DNA of 64,000 nucleotides from an uncultured bacterium. GTDB taxonomy: Bacteria > Patescibacteriota > Minisyncoccia > Phycocordibacterales > UBA6065. The position numbers were made by a program, and so were the translations under genes. Location of the stretch: contig CBIMES010000001.1 in NCBI GenBank assembly GCA_966243015.1, positions 426,076 through 490,075 on the forward strand, read 5' to 3'. Positions 18,086 through 26,683 of the stretch are shown here, piece after piece (position 1 is the first letter of the stretch; each line of letters opens with the position of its first letter). A model generated the notes under the pieces. The model was not told the origin of the DNA. It worked only from the letters and a program-made list of their open reading frames with translations, and did not search any database.

Positions 18086-20032
18086 ATGAACCCACAGGAC
18101 AATCAGCTCGACGCAAGCCTCGAAAGAATCCTCCCGAAGGACACCGCACCGGCCGCCGACAGGCGACAGGACGGAGGACGCGAGGGTGACGGCAAGAACC
18201 GACGAGGCCGCGGAAGCCGAGGCGGAAAGAACAGGCGCGGCAACAGACGCGGTCGCGGAGGACGCGGCTTCGGCGGCGCCCCACGAGCAGGATCAGCCTT
18301 CGGAGGCGTCGAGCCGATTGCCAAGCGCGAGCCCCAGGCCCCTATCCCGCCCCTCGGCGACAGCATCCGCGTCATCCCTCTCGGAGGAGTAGAGGAGATC
18401 GGCCGAAACATGACCGCGGTCGAGATCGGCAACGACATCATCGTCATCGACGCGGGCTTCGCCTTCAAGGACGAGAACACCCCGGGCATCGACTATATCC
18501 TCCCGAACACTAAGTACCTCGAGGAGCGCAAGGACAAGATCCGCGGCATCATCATCACCCACGGACACCTCGACCATATCGGAGGAATCCCATACGTCAT
18601 GGACCGCATCGGCAACCCGACCATGTACACCCGTAACCTCACGGCGATCATGGTCAAGAAGCGCCAGAGCGAGTTCCCTCACCTCCCGCCGCTCGACATC
18701 AAGACCGTCGAGAAGAACGACCGCATCAAGATGGGCAACACCTACGTGCGATTCTTCGCCGTCACCCACACGATTCCAGACTCGATGGGAATCATCATCG
18801 AGACCCCGTACGGCGCCATCGTCACCCCGGGTGACTACAAGCTCTCTCATGTGGGCGGCGTTCCCGTAGAGTCCGAGGAGGAAAGCTACTCTGTCTTCGA
18901 CAAGGAGAAGGTTCTCCTCATGTTCGCCGACTCGACGAACATCGAGAACCCTGGCTTCTCCACCCCTGAGAAGCTCGTTCACGAGAATCTCGACGAGATC
19001 ATCAGGAGCATTAAGGGCCGACTCATCATCGGAACCTTCGCCTCACAGCTCGAGCGCGTCTGCGCCATCATCAAGAGCGCCGAGAAGTACGGCAAGAAGG
19101 TCATCCTCGAGGGCCGCTCGATGAAGAACAACGTGGAAATCGCACAGATGGCGGGAATCCTCGAGGTCAAGAAAGGCACCCTTGCGAGCTCGACCGAGAT
19201 CGACTCACTCCCGCCGGACCGCATCGTCATTCTCGCCACCGGAGCCCAGGGAGAGGACTTCGCCGCCCTCATGCGCATGGCGACCAAGGCCCACAAGAAT
19301 ATCCATATCAACAAGCGAGACACCGTCCTCCTCTCGTCGTCGGTTATCCCGGGCAACGAGCGAACGGTCCAGAAGCTCAAGGACAACATCGCCCGACACG
19401 GAGCGAAGATCATCCACTACCGAACCTCGGACGTGTACATCCACTCGACTGGACACGGCAACCGAGGCGAGCTCGAGTGGCTCCACAAGAAGATCAAGCC
19501 GAAGTTCTTCATCCCTGTCCACGGCACGCACTACATGCTCCGCCTGCACTCTGACCTTGCGATCTCGCTCGGCATGCCCGAGGATCATGTCATCGTTCCC
19601 GACAACTGCGACATCATCGAGATCCAGGACAAGGGCGAGAAACTCGTGAAGCTCAAGGAGAAGGCCCCTAACGGCCTCATGATGGTGGACGGATTCTCCG
19701 TCGGCGACATCCAGGAAGTGGTCATCCGAGACCGCCAGATGCTTGCCCAGGATGGCATGTTCATCGTCTTCGGCATCCTCGACGCCCAGACCGGACGCCT
19801 CAGGAAGTCTCCCGATATCATCTCCCGAGGATTCGTGTACCTTCGAGAGTCGCAGGACCTCCTCCGAGACACCCGACACATCATCAAGAAGACCATCGAG
19901 GACTCGACTGACGGCATGAACCCAATCAATATCGACTTCGTGAAGGGCAACCTCACCGACGCGGTGTCCCGACACCTCTTCCAGGAGACGGCGAAGCGAC
20001 CCGTGGTCATCCCGGTGCTTCTCACCATCTAA
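18086..20032 (+). CDS. rnj: Ribonuclease J with RGG-rich N-terminal extension
   Basis: Metallo-beta-lactamase motif IITHGHLDHIGG and a beta-CASP region. The N-terminal 90 aa are Arg/Gly-rich (RRGRGSRGGKNRRGNRRGRGGRGFGG). Confidence 0.9.
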   Translation: MNPQDNQLDASLERILPKDTAPAADRRQDGGREGDGKNRRGRGSRGGKNRRGNRRGRGGRGFGGAPRAGSAFGGVEPIAKREPQAPIPPLGDSIRVIPLGGVEEIGRNMTAVEIGNDIIVIDAGFAFKDENTPGIDYILPNTKYLEERKDKIRGIIITHGHLDHIGGIPYVMDRIGNPTMYTRNLTAIMVKKRQSEFPHLPPLDIKTVEKNDRIKMGNTYVRFFAVTHTIPDSMGIIIETPYGAIVTPGDYKLSHVGGVPVESEEESYSVFDKEKVLLMFADSTNIENPGFSTPEKLVHENLDEIIRSIKGRLIIGTFASQLERVCAIIKSAEKYGKKVILEGRSMKNNVEIAQMAGILEVKKGTLASSTEIDSLPPDRIVILATGAQGEDFAALMRMATKAHKNIHINKRDTVLLSSSVIPGNERTVQKLKDNIARHGAKIIHYRTSDVYIHSTGHGNRGELEWLHKKIKPKFFIPVHGTHYMLRLHSDLAISLGMPEDHVIVPDNCDIIEIQDKGEKLVKLKEKAPNGLMMVDGFSVGDIQEVVIRDRQMLAQDGMFIVFGILDAQTGRLRKSPDIISRGFVYLRESQDLLRDTRHIIKKTIEDSTDGMNPINIDFVKGNLTDAVSRHLFQETAKRPVVIPVLLTI

Positions 20033-20056
20033 GCCACACCGCCCTGTGTGGCCCCG

Positions 20057-20087
20057 AAAAAAGGCTCAGTGCACTGAGCCTTTTTTC
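20057..20087 (+). terminator. Intrinsic terminator aaaaaaGGCTCAGTGCACTGAGCCtttttt after rnj (copy 1 of the repeated hairpin family)
   Basis: Perfect 9-bp stem with a T-run. The same hairpin recurs at 35929, 42421, 43220 and 49899. Confidence 0.8.
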
Positions 20088-20109
20088 TTTGTGCTAAAAT
20101 ATACCCACT

Positions 20110-21297
20110 ATGCCAGAAGAAAAAATCCTGTCCTCGAAGCGCGCGATGATGTACTTCATCGGCTTCATCTTCAACCTCAGCTACGCAATCCCGACCTACA
20201 TCAACTCGACCTTCCTCAGCAAAATCCTCACGGACGGCGGCGTACCGGGCGGCGAGGCCCTTGTGGGTATCATCTATGCGGCGGGATCAATAGGCGCCAT
20301 CGCCAGCTTCATCGAGATGCCGCGCATCCTCAAGCGCTTCGGCAACCTCAAGACCACCCTTGGCCTCCTCGCCATCAACCTCGTGTCGCTCATAGGTATG
20401 ATTATGGGCGGCGGGCCGCTCGCCGTGGTCTTCTCGTTCATCCTCAACTTTGTGGCCATAGCGTTGACCAACTACACCATCGACATGTTCCTGGAGAGCT
20501 TCTCCTCGAACGCGTCGACGGGCAAGATCCGCGGCACCTTCCTCACCTCAGTGAACGCGGCCTGGCTCATCTCCCCGGTCATCGCGCCGCTCATCCTCGG
20601 CCAGGACCAGTACGTGAATGTCTACATCGTAAGCGCCCTGCTCCTCGTACCAACCCTCGGCGTCGTCTACGCAACCCTCAAGAAGTTCCAGGACCCCACC
20701 TATAACCGCATCCCATTCTGGCAAAGCATCGGAGAGATCTGGACCAACAGGAACATGCGAGGGGTGCTCATCTCCCAGCTCTTCCTCCAGTTCTTCTACG
20801 CCTGGATGGTCATCTACATGCCGATATACCTTCACGAGACCGTCGGCTTCGAGTGGACCACCATCGGCATCATCTTCAGCATCATGCTCCTGCCGTTCGT
20901 CCTCATCGAGGCCCCGCTCGGGCGCCTCGCGGACTCAAAGTACGGCGAGAAGGAGATGCTCTCGATTGGCTTCGTCATCATGGCCGTCTGCGTATTCCTC
21001 ATCCCATTCGTAACCGACCATAATGCCGTCGTCTGGGCAACCATCCTCTTCACGAGCCGCATCGGCGCGGCCATGGTAGAAATCATGGCGGACACCTACT
21101 TCTTCAAGCAGGTGAACGCAGCCAACGCCCACCTCATCAGCTTCGCCCGCATCATGCGACCGCTGGCCTACATCATCAGCCCCATCGCGGCAACCGTCCT
21201 CTTCATCGCCTTCGACATCAAGGCACTCTTCATATTCCTCGGCTTCCTGCTCGTATACGCCCTGAGATTCAGCATGTCGCTCGTCGACACGAAGTAG
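20110..21297 (+). CDS. MFS transporter
   Basis: 395 aa with 12 predicted TM helices and MFS-like composition. Confidence 0.8.
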   Translation: MPEEKILSSKRAMMYFIGFIFNLSYAIPTYINSTFLSKILTDGGVPGGEALVGIIYAAGSIGAIASFIEMPRILKRFGNLKTTLGLLAINLVSLIGMIMGGGPLAVVFSFILNFVAIALTNYTIDMFLESFSSNASTGKIRGTFLTSVNAAWLISPVIAPLILGQDQYVNVYIVSALLLVPTLGVVYATLKKFQDPTYNRIPFWQSIGEIWTNRNMRGVLISQLFLQFFYAWMVIYMPIYLHETVGFEWTTIGIIFSIMLLPFVLIEAPLGRLADSKYGEKEMLSIGFVIMAVCVFLIPFVTDHNAVVWATILFTSRIGAAMVEIMADTYFFKQVNAANAHLISFARIMRPLAYIISPIAATVLFIAFDIKALFIFLGFLLVYALRFSMSLVDTK

Positions 21298-21298
21298 C

Positions 21299-21328
21299 GA
21301 AAAGCCGGCTGCGAGCCGGCTTTTCGCT
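21299..21328. terminator. Bidirectional terminator hairpin cgaaaagccggctgcgagccggcttttcgc
   Basis: Inverted repeat between convergent genes. Confidence 0.7.
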
Positions 21329-21330
21329 AC

Positions 21331-21573
21331 CTAAAGAGACACGCTTCCCGATATGGCGTCCTTTGCCTCGATCATCTTCTCGAGGTAACGACGGAGATTT
21401 GCCTTGTCCGCGTCGGTAAGCGTCTCGGATGCGTAGAACTTCGAGAAGGTCTTGAGGAACAAGCTCACGACGTCGTTGAAGTACCTCACCTGTATGGGCC
21501 TCTCCTGCTGGATGAGATTGATGTCTCGGAGCACGCGCACGTGCCGGGTTATGACGTAGGTTTGAATACTCAT
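21331..21573 (-). CDS. Hypothetical small protein (80 aa) upstream of radC
   Basis: ORF-track ORF with no family signal. Confidence 0.35.
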   Translation of the reverse strand: MSIQTYVITRHVRVLRDINLIQQERPIQVRYFNDVVSLFLKTFSKFYASETLTDADKANLRRYLEKMIEAKDAISGSVSL

Positions 21574-21585
21574 GGCGATGTGTGA

Positions 21586-22323
21586 TTATTCGTAAATGAC
21601 GGGCACGCTCGTGTACTTGCCCTTGCCGACGATGACGTGGTCGATGAGGGCGACACCCATGATTTTTCCCGCACTCACGAGCTGCTTGGTGATCTCGATG
21701 TCGGCCGCACTCGCCATGACCATTCCCGAAGGATGGTTATGGACCAGAATGACCGCGGCGGCGCCGTATTCGAGGGCAGGCTTGAAGACCTCGCGCGGAT
21801 GGATGATGTTCGCATCGAGGGTACCCATGGACAATACCTCGTCGTGCACCACGCGATGATGGCCGTTCACGTATATGCCCCGCAGGTACTCCTTGGGTAG
21901 GTCATGCATGTCGCGCACATAGGCCGACACGTCCTTGGCGTTCCTGATGCTTATGTTCCTTCCTCCCGACTTCTTGAAGAACCTGCGGCCAAGCTCGCTT
22001 GAGGCAACGACCTGGCAAGCCTTGCCGATCGGTATGCCGATCTCCTCGGACAGCTTCTTGGCGTCGTCAAAGGAAGCAAAGCTTTTCTCCCCGTACTCCC
22101 TGATGATGCGGGAGGCCATGGTCATGACGTCCTCCTTGACGGTGCCCGTGTTGAGGATGACGGCGACGAGTTCGATGATCGAGAGGACGGAGGGACCGTG
22201 CTGTATGAGCTTCTCGCGCGGCTTCTCGGCCTCGGGAAGGTCGCGAAGCTTATACACGTACTGACGCTCGCCGTCGAGCGTCATAAGCCGATCTGAATTC
22301 TGTATGGAATAGATGCCGCTCAT
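21586..22323 (-). CDS. radC: RadC-family JAB/MPN domain protein
   Basis: HNHPSG JAMM-like motif and RadC N-terminal HhH region. Confidence 0.9.
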   Translation of the reverse strand: MSGIYSIQNSDRLMTLDGERQYVYKLRDLPEAEKPREKLIQHGPSVLSIIELVAVILNTGTVKEDVMTMASRIIREYGEKSFASFDDAKKLSEEIGIPIGKACQVVASSELGRRFFKKSGGRNISIRNAKDVSAYVRDMHDLPKEYLRGIYVNGHHRVVHDEVLSMGTLDANIIHPREVFKPALEYGAAAVILVHNHPSGMVMASAADIEITKQLVSAGKIMGVALIDHVIVGKGKYTSVPVIYE

Positions 22324-22414
22324 AGATATGATTCTATGAGTCTAGCAAAGGGTCAATCGAACCAATATAAAATAAAAATAAAGAAACCCATCAGACCACG
22401 GATGAACGCCTCGC

Positions 22415-23173
22415 CTACGCGAGCTTCACGCACTCGAGGCACATGAACATAGGTATCTCCTTGCGGGACTTGTCCTCGGCCTGCTTGCGCGGGCCCTTCT
22501 CGCTCTCCTTGTGCGACATCCACTCCTCGATGCGGAGGATGGCGAAGCCCGCGTTGGCGAGCATCTTGGAATAGTTCTGAAGCGGCCTATGGAAGGACAC
22601 CGTAAGCTCCTTGAGCCCCGCGTCCTTGGTGCCGGGATTCATGTCGACGGTCTTGCGGGACTCTGACATGTACTCATCAACCCTGCGGTACTGCGTGCCG
22701 GTGGCACCGTCCCAGCCCCACGAGGTCTTGTCGGGAATGCGGAAGGCGGGATGGTTGAGGACGATGACGTAGCGACCCTTCGACCCCAGGACGCGCGACG
22801 CCTCCTTGAAGGTCTTCGCCGCGTGCTCGATATTCTGGATAGCAAGCACAGTCATGGCGCCATCGAACATGCCGTCCCGAAGCACGGAAAGGCTGTCGGC
22901 CGAGGAGACGTAATATTCCTCGTTGTGGCCAGCGTGCTTCTTGGCTATCTCAATGAGCTCCGGCGCAATGTCCACGCCGATTATCGACGCGCCCTTGGCG
23001 GCAAGCGCGCGGGAAAAGACGCCCTGCCCGCAGGCGAGATCAAGGATGAGCTTCCCCTTCTGGGGATTCATGATGCGGATGATGTTCGGCAGAATAACCT
23101 TGTTCTGGTACGAGTCGTCGTCGTTCACGACGCCGTCATACCAGTCGGCAACCCCACCCCAGGACGTCTTCAT
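22415..23173 (-). CDS. Class I SAM-dependent methyltransferase
   Basis: LDLACGQGVFSRALAAKGASIIGVDIAPELIE motif I. Start trimmed to MKTSWGG (ATG 23173). Not a DNA m5C methyltransferase. Confidence 0.8.
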   Translation of the reverse strand: MKTSWGGVADWYDGVVNDDDSYQNKVILPNIIRIMNPQKGKLILDLACGQGVFSRALAAKGASIIGVDIAPELIEIAKKHAGHNEEYYVSSADSLSVLRDGMFDGAMTVLAIQNIEHAAKTFKEASRVLGSKGRYVIVLNHPAFRIPDKTSWGWDGATGTQYRRVDEYMSESRKTVDMNPGTKDAGLKELTVSFHRPLQNYSKMLANAGFAILRIEEWMSHKESEKGPRKQAEDKSRKEIPMFMCLECVKLA

Positions 23174-23181
23174 GGCGTTGT

Positions 23182-23556
23182 CTATGCGCTCTTCTTCTTT
23201 GCAGAAGGCTTCTTGGCGGTCTTCTTCTTTCCGGCAGTCCTCTTGATGCCATCCCAATGCCTCTTCATGTCGGCAATGAAGGCCGCGAGCTCGACGGCGT
23301 CGATGGTCTTAATGGCGTTGTACTTCTTGGCGACGGCGTCGACGGCGGTCGAATAGGCAGACTCAGTGATGTCCTGAACTCCCTCGAGCTTCTCGAGGAC
23401 CTCGCCCTTCGCCTTGAGCATCCAGCCCTTTACCTGGGCGCGGTTCTTGGGGGCATTCTTGCTGCCGTAGAGGTAATACGCTCCGACCGCGGCCGCGGTG
23501 AGACCGGCGATGCCCGCTGCGATAGTCCCGGCGTGTGATGATGATTTCTTTGGCAT
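23182..23556 (-). CDS. Hypothetical membrane-anchored protein with Lys-rich C-terminal tail
   Basis: TM helix and a KKKTAKKPSAKKKSA tail. Confidence 0.5.
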   Translation of the reverse strand: MPKKSSSHAGTIAAGIAGLTAAAVGAYYLYGSKNAPKNRAQVKGWMLKAKGEVLEKLEGVQDITESAYSTAVDAVAKKYNAIKTIDAVELAAFIADMKRHWDGIKRTAGKKKTAKKPSAKKKSA

Positions 23557-23570
23557 GGTGATTGTGGTGT

Positions 23571-23888
23571 TTAGTTGGTAACCTCGGTCTTCTCCGCCTT
23601 CGGCTTCCTCGTCGCCTTCTTTTCAGTATCCCTCACGAAGAAGGTCCTGACCAGATGGGTGACGTGCCTCCACTTCACGCCCTCGTCGCGAAGCGCCGCG
23701 CGAAGCCTCTTCGAATCGGCGACGATCTCGCCGCTCTCCGCCTTGATAGTGTCAGATATGTCGCGGGCGTTTCTCAGTATCTTGATGACGTAGAAGAGGG
23801 CGATTCCAGCGGCAATCGTCAGCACGACGAGCGATACCGTCGAGATAAAGAAGAAGATGTCTGCGTGGATGAGGGATTCGTTTGGCAT
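23571..23888 (-). CDS. Hypothetical membrane-anchored protein
   Basis: N-terminal TM helix followed by a coiled-coil-like region. Confidence 0.5.
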   Translation of the reverse strand: MPNESLIHADIFFFISTVSLVVLTIAAGIALFYVIKILRNARDISDTIKAESGEIVADSKRLRAALRDEGVKWRHVTHLVRTFFVRDTEKKATRKPKAEKTEVTN

Positions 23889-23898
23889 GATTGTGCGT

Positions 23899-24441
23899 TT
23901 AATCCTCTAATGAAAACTTGACGGGGACCTCAATGTTAGCGTCGTTCTCGGGAAGGCCGCTCGGATTGTCCTTGCTAAAACGCACGACGCCCTCGGTGTT
24001 TCCCTTCGGGTCAAACTTCACGGTGGCGACGAACGGAACGAACTCCGTCGTCATCCAGTCACCCTCGGCCTGGGCAACGCCCTGTCCGAGTAAGGTACCG
24101 TCAGGGGCAAGGATCGAGACCGGGAATGACGCCTCGAAGTACCAGCCGCCGCGGGCCTCCCCCGTAAGGGTCACTGTCGTCGAGGCAATCGCGGTCGTGC
24201 TGTCGATGTCGACCCTGATCATGTCGCTCGTAATCGGCGTCTCAATGTGCTCGACGTAGGTGATGCCCGTTTTCTGATCGGCACACTGGCGAGGATACGA
24301 CTCCATGACTGGGTTGTTCGCCGCGACGCACGTGACGAAGTCCTCGACCTTTGGCCTGCGGCCTATGTCGAGAACGAGGAATCCGTAGAGGACGACCGCG
24401 ACGGCAACTACAACGGCGATGATTTTGAAATAGTTCTTCAT
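23899..24441 (-). CDS. Secreted/anchored protein, Gmad2-like Ig-fold domain (putative)
   Basis: Signal anchor followed by a beta-rich domain. The family assignment is tentative. Confidence 0.55.
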   Translation of the reverse strand: MKNYFKIIAVVVAVAVVLYGFLVLDIGRRPKVEDFVTCVAANNPVMESYPRQCADQKTGITYVEHIETPITSDMIRVDIDSTTAIASTTVTLTGEARGGWYFEASFPVSILAPDGTLLGQGVAQAEGDWMTTEFVPFVATVKFDPKGNTEGVVRFSKDNPSGLPENDANIEVPVKFSLED

Positions 24442-24450
24442 GTGATGTGA

Positions 24451-25203
24451 TTATCGAATCGTGAAGGCAGCTCTGACCGTCACCATGACCTGCTTGTCGA
24501 TGCGGGACGTGTCATAGGCCCCGTAGTCAGAGACTTCGACTGAATTCGCCGGCAGAACCTGAACGACGCCCTGGGCGGCTGACTTGAGCGTGCCTATTGA
24601 CCGACCGCTTGACTCGGCTATGATCGCGGCGCGAGCCTTCGCGTCCTTCACGGCGTCAGCGAGGAGTGAGACGCGAAGCTCGGGAAGCTTCGAGTAATAG
24701 TACTCGAGCGACTGGGTCTGGAAGATGACGCCTTGCGATGCAAGGACCGAGGCGTCCTTGGCGAGAGTCGTGACCGCGCCGACGTCGGCCGAGGAGAGCT
24801 CGACGGTCTGGCCGAGAGTGTACTGCTTCTCCCTGTTCTCCGATCCCTGGCTGTAGTCGTAGACCTCGTACATGCTGACCGGCGAGATAATAAGGGAATC
24901 AGCGGAAACACCTCGAGACGTGTAGAATTCCTGGACCTTCTTGAGGTCAGCAGCCATCTGATCGTAACCCTGCTTGAGGCTGGACACCTTCACCTGCCTG
25001 CTGAAGTTCGTGATCCACTTGACCTGGTCCGACGTCACGTTCATACGCGCCGAGCCTGTGACCGAGAGAGAGTCGTCGAACGACCTCACCTTATAGAAGG
25101 AGAAGGCGCCGACGAGCGTCGAGAGGAGAAGGCTCGCGCCGATAACGATGCCGAGCGTGACGAGCGAAGAAGGGAGCGACGAGGAATTGTTTGATGAAGG
25201 CAT
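24451..25203 (-). CDS. SIMPL (DUF541) domain protein
   Basis: SIMPL-like pattern (TVTGSARMNV...QTVELSSADVGAVT...QVMVTVRAAFTIR). Start trimmed to MPSSNNSS. Confidence 0.75.
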   Translation of the reverse strand: MPSSNNSSSLPSSLVTLGIVIGASLLLSTLVGAFSFYKVRSFDDSLSVTGSARMNVTSDQVKWITNFSRQVKVSSLKQGYDQMAADLKKVQEFYTSRGVSADSLIISPVSMYEVYDYSQGSENREKQYTLGQTVELSSADVGAVTTLAKDASVLASQGVIFQTQSLEYYYSKLPELRVSLLADAVKDAKARAAIIAESSGRSIGTLKSAAQGVVQVLPANSVEVSDYGAYDTSRIDKQVMVTVRAAFTIR

Positions 25204-25222
25204 ACCCTCATGATACCACCCT

Positions 25223-25705
25223 TTACGAGAGCGCAACAAGAATAAACGTCACGAGGAACGCGACGCCCAGAAGCACGTTAATCGCGATGCCCGCGACCGC
25301 GCCGACGAGCGCGCCCGAGGCCGCGCGGACGGCGCGGCCACCGTCTCTCCTATATCTCATCTCCGCGACAAGGACAGCGACAAAAAGGCCACCGAGTGAG
25401 CCCAGAGGCGGAAACAAAAGCGTGCCAAGAAAAGCGCCGACGACTCCCCACAGCAGGGACTTGGCGTGGGCGCCGCCGTACTTCGCGCCCACCAGCCCCG
25501 CGAGGTTATCCACAACAAACGACACGACCACAAAGCCACCGAGGGCGAGGACGTTGCCAAGGGTGAGCGTCGTGAATCCATCATAGAATCCAAAGAGGAT
25601 CGCGACGACAAGCATGTACGCGAGCGTCGGGAACATAGGCACGAAGGCGAGAGGTATGCCCGCAGCGACAAAGACCGACGCGGCGATAAGTGCGACGGTG
25701 TGCAT
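25223..25705 (-). CDS. DUF456 family membrane protein
   Basis: Four TM helices with Gly-rich loops characteristic of DUF456. Confidence 0.7.
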   Translation of the reverse strand: MHTVALIAASVFVAAGIPLAFVPMFPTLAYMLVVAILFGFYDGFTTLTLGNVLALGGFVVVSFVVDNLAGLVGAKYGGAHAKSLLWGVVGAFLGTLLFPPLGSLGGLFVAVLVAEMRYRRDGGRAVRAASGALVGAVAGIAINVLLGVAFLVTFILVALS

Positions 25706-25716
25706 GAAGTGTATAT

Positions 25717-26265
25717 TTAAGCCTTAACCTCCCCACCCTTTCGCATAGAAAGAGTCAGGACAAGAGCGATGAGAAGAAACGCCGAGAAGGCCATGAGGGG
25801 AATCGTAATATAGCCGAACTGAAAAACCGATCGCTGGGTGCATGAGACCGAGACGCCGACGGCGCTGCACGGAAGGTCGGTGACACCAAGCTGGCCGAGA
25901 TAATGGAACAGAGCGATGGCGGCGCCGATTATCGAAAGGGCCGCGCCATAGAGCTTCACGGCAGAATCCCTGACGATAAGGGCAAGCGTCATGAGCAGCA
26001 CCTGAGGGTACATGAAGATGCGCTGGAACCAGCAGAACGTGCACGGGGCGTAGCCAATAATATCCGAGTAGGTGAGGCTTCCAACCGTCGCGATCGTGGA
26101 CACGACGAGCGCGATGAGTATCCCCCTCTTCTTTATGAGCGAGATGACGGGAAGAGACTCAATCTTCTTCGAATAGAGAGATGCGACGAGAAACACCGAG
26201 ACGATCTGAGCGGCGACCGTGAGCGAGCTCAGGACCGTGTTGAATATCGAGGTAAACTGCTGCAT
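25717..26265 (-). CDS. Disulfide bond formation protein B (DsbB/BdbC-like)
   Basis: Four TM helices with a CTFC pair and a second Cys pair (CSAVGVSVSC), as in BdbC-type DsbB. Confidence 0.75.
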   Translation of the reverse strand: MQQFTSIFNTVLSSLTVAAQIVSVFLVASLYSKKIESLPVISLIKKRGILIALVVSTIATVGSLTYSDIIGYAPCTFCWFQRIFMYPQVLLMTLALIVRDSAVKLYGAALSIIGAAIALFHYLGQLGVTDLPCSAVGVSVSCTQRSVFQFGYITIPLMAFSAFLLIALVLTLSMRKGGEVKA

Positions 26266-26276
26266 GTGAGTCGGGG

Positions 26277-26657
26277 TTATTTTGCGTCAACAACGAGCGG
26301 GCACTGAGTAAGGGTCGAGAGCTCGGCGAGCGTCGCCTCCCCTGTCTTGCGCGATCCGTCCGCGAACTCCCAGGTCGGATAGCTCTTTACGCCAGCATCA
26401 GTACAGGCCTGGGTCTGACCCTGACCGTTCGGAGTGGAGCACTCGACGTACGGGAGATGCTTTGCGGACTTTCCGAAGAGGGCCTTCTGCGCCTGGCAGT
26501 GAGGGCACCAGAACGCGCCATAGAACTTCGTGCCGCTGTCGGCGATGCACGAGGCGAACGTGTCGTACTTGCCTGGTCGGCCAGAGTACCAGACGATGGC
26601 GCCGATGATGAGGATGACCGCCGCGACGGTCACAATCCATGATGTGTATGTTTTCAT
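26277..26657 (-). CDS. Thioredoxin-fold thiol-disulfide oxidoreductase (DsbA/BdbD-like), membrane-anchored
   Basis: WCPHCQ active-site motif. Start trimmed to MKTYTSW (ATG 26657) preceding a TM anchor. Confidence 0.8.
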   Translation of the reverse strand: MKTYTSWIVTVAAVILIIGAIVWYSGRPGKYDTFASCIADSGTKFYGAFWCPHCQAQKALFGKSAKHLPYVECSTPNGQGQTQACTDAGVKSYPTWEFADGSRKTGEATLAELSTLTQCPLVVDAK

Positions 26658-26683
26658 ACGCACCATTCTACCGACAGAGAGGG

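Noticed and set aside
18293-19975. Several 140-260-aa minus-strand ORFs inside rnj
   Set aside because: Antisense and frame artefacts of the RNase J gene.
22415-23173. Methyltransferase as the Dcm partner of Vsr
   Set aside because: It is a class I small-molecule or RNA-type SAM methyltransferase (motif I LDLACGQG). It lacks m5C-MTase PCQ and ENV motifs and lies 18 kb away on a different transcription unit.
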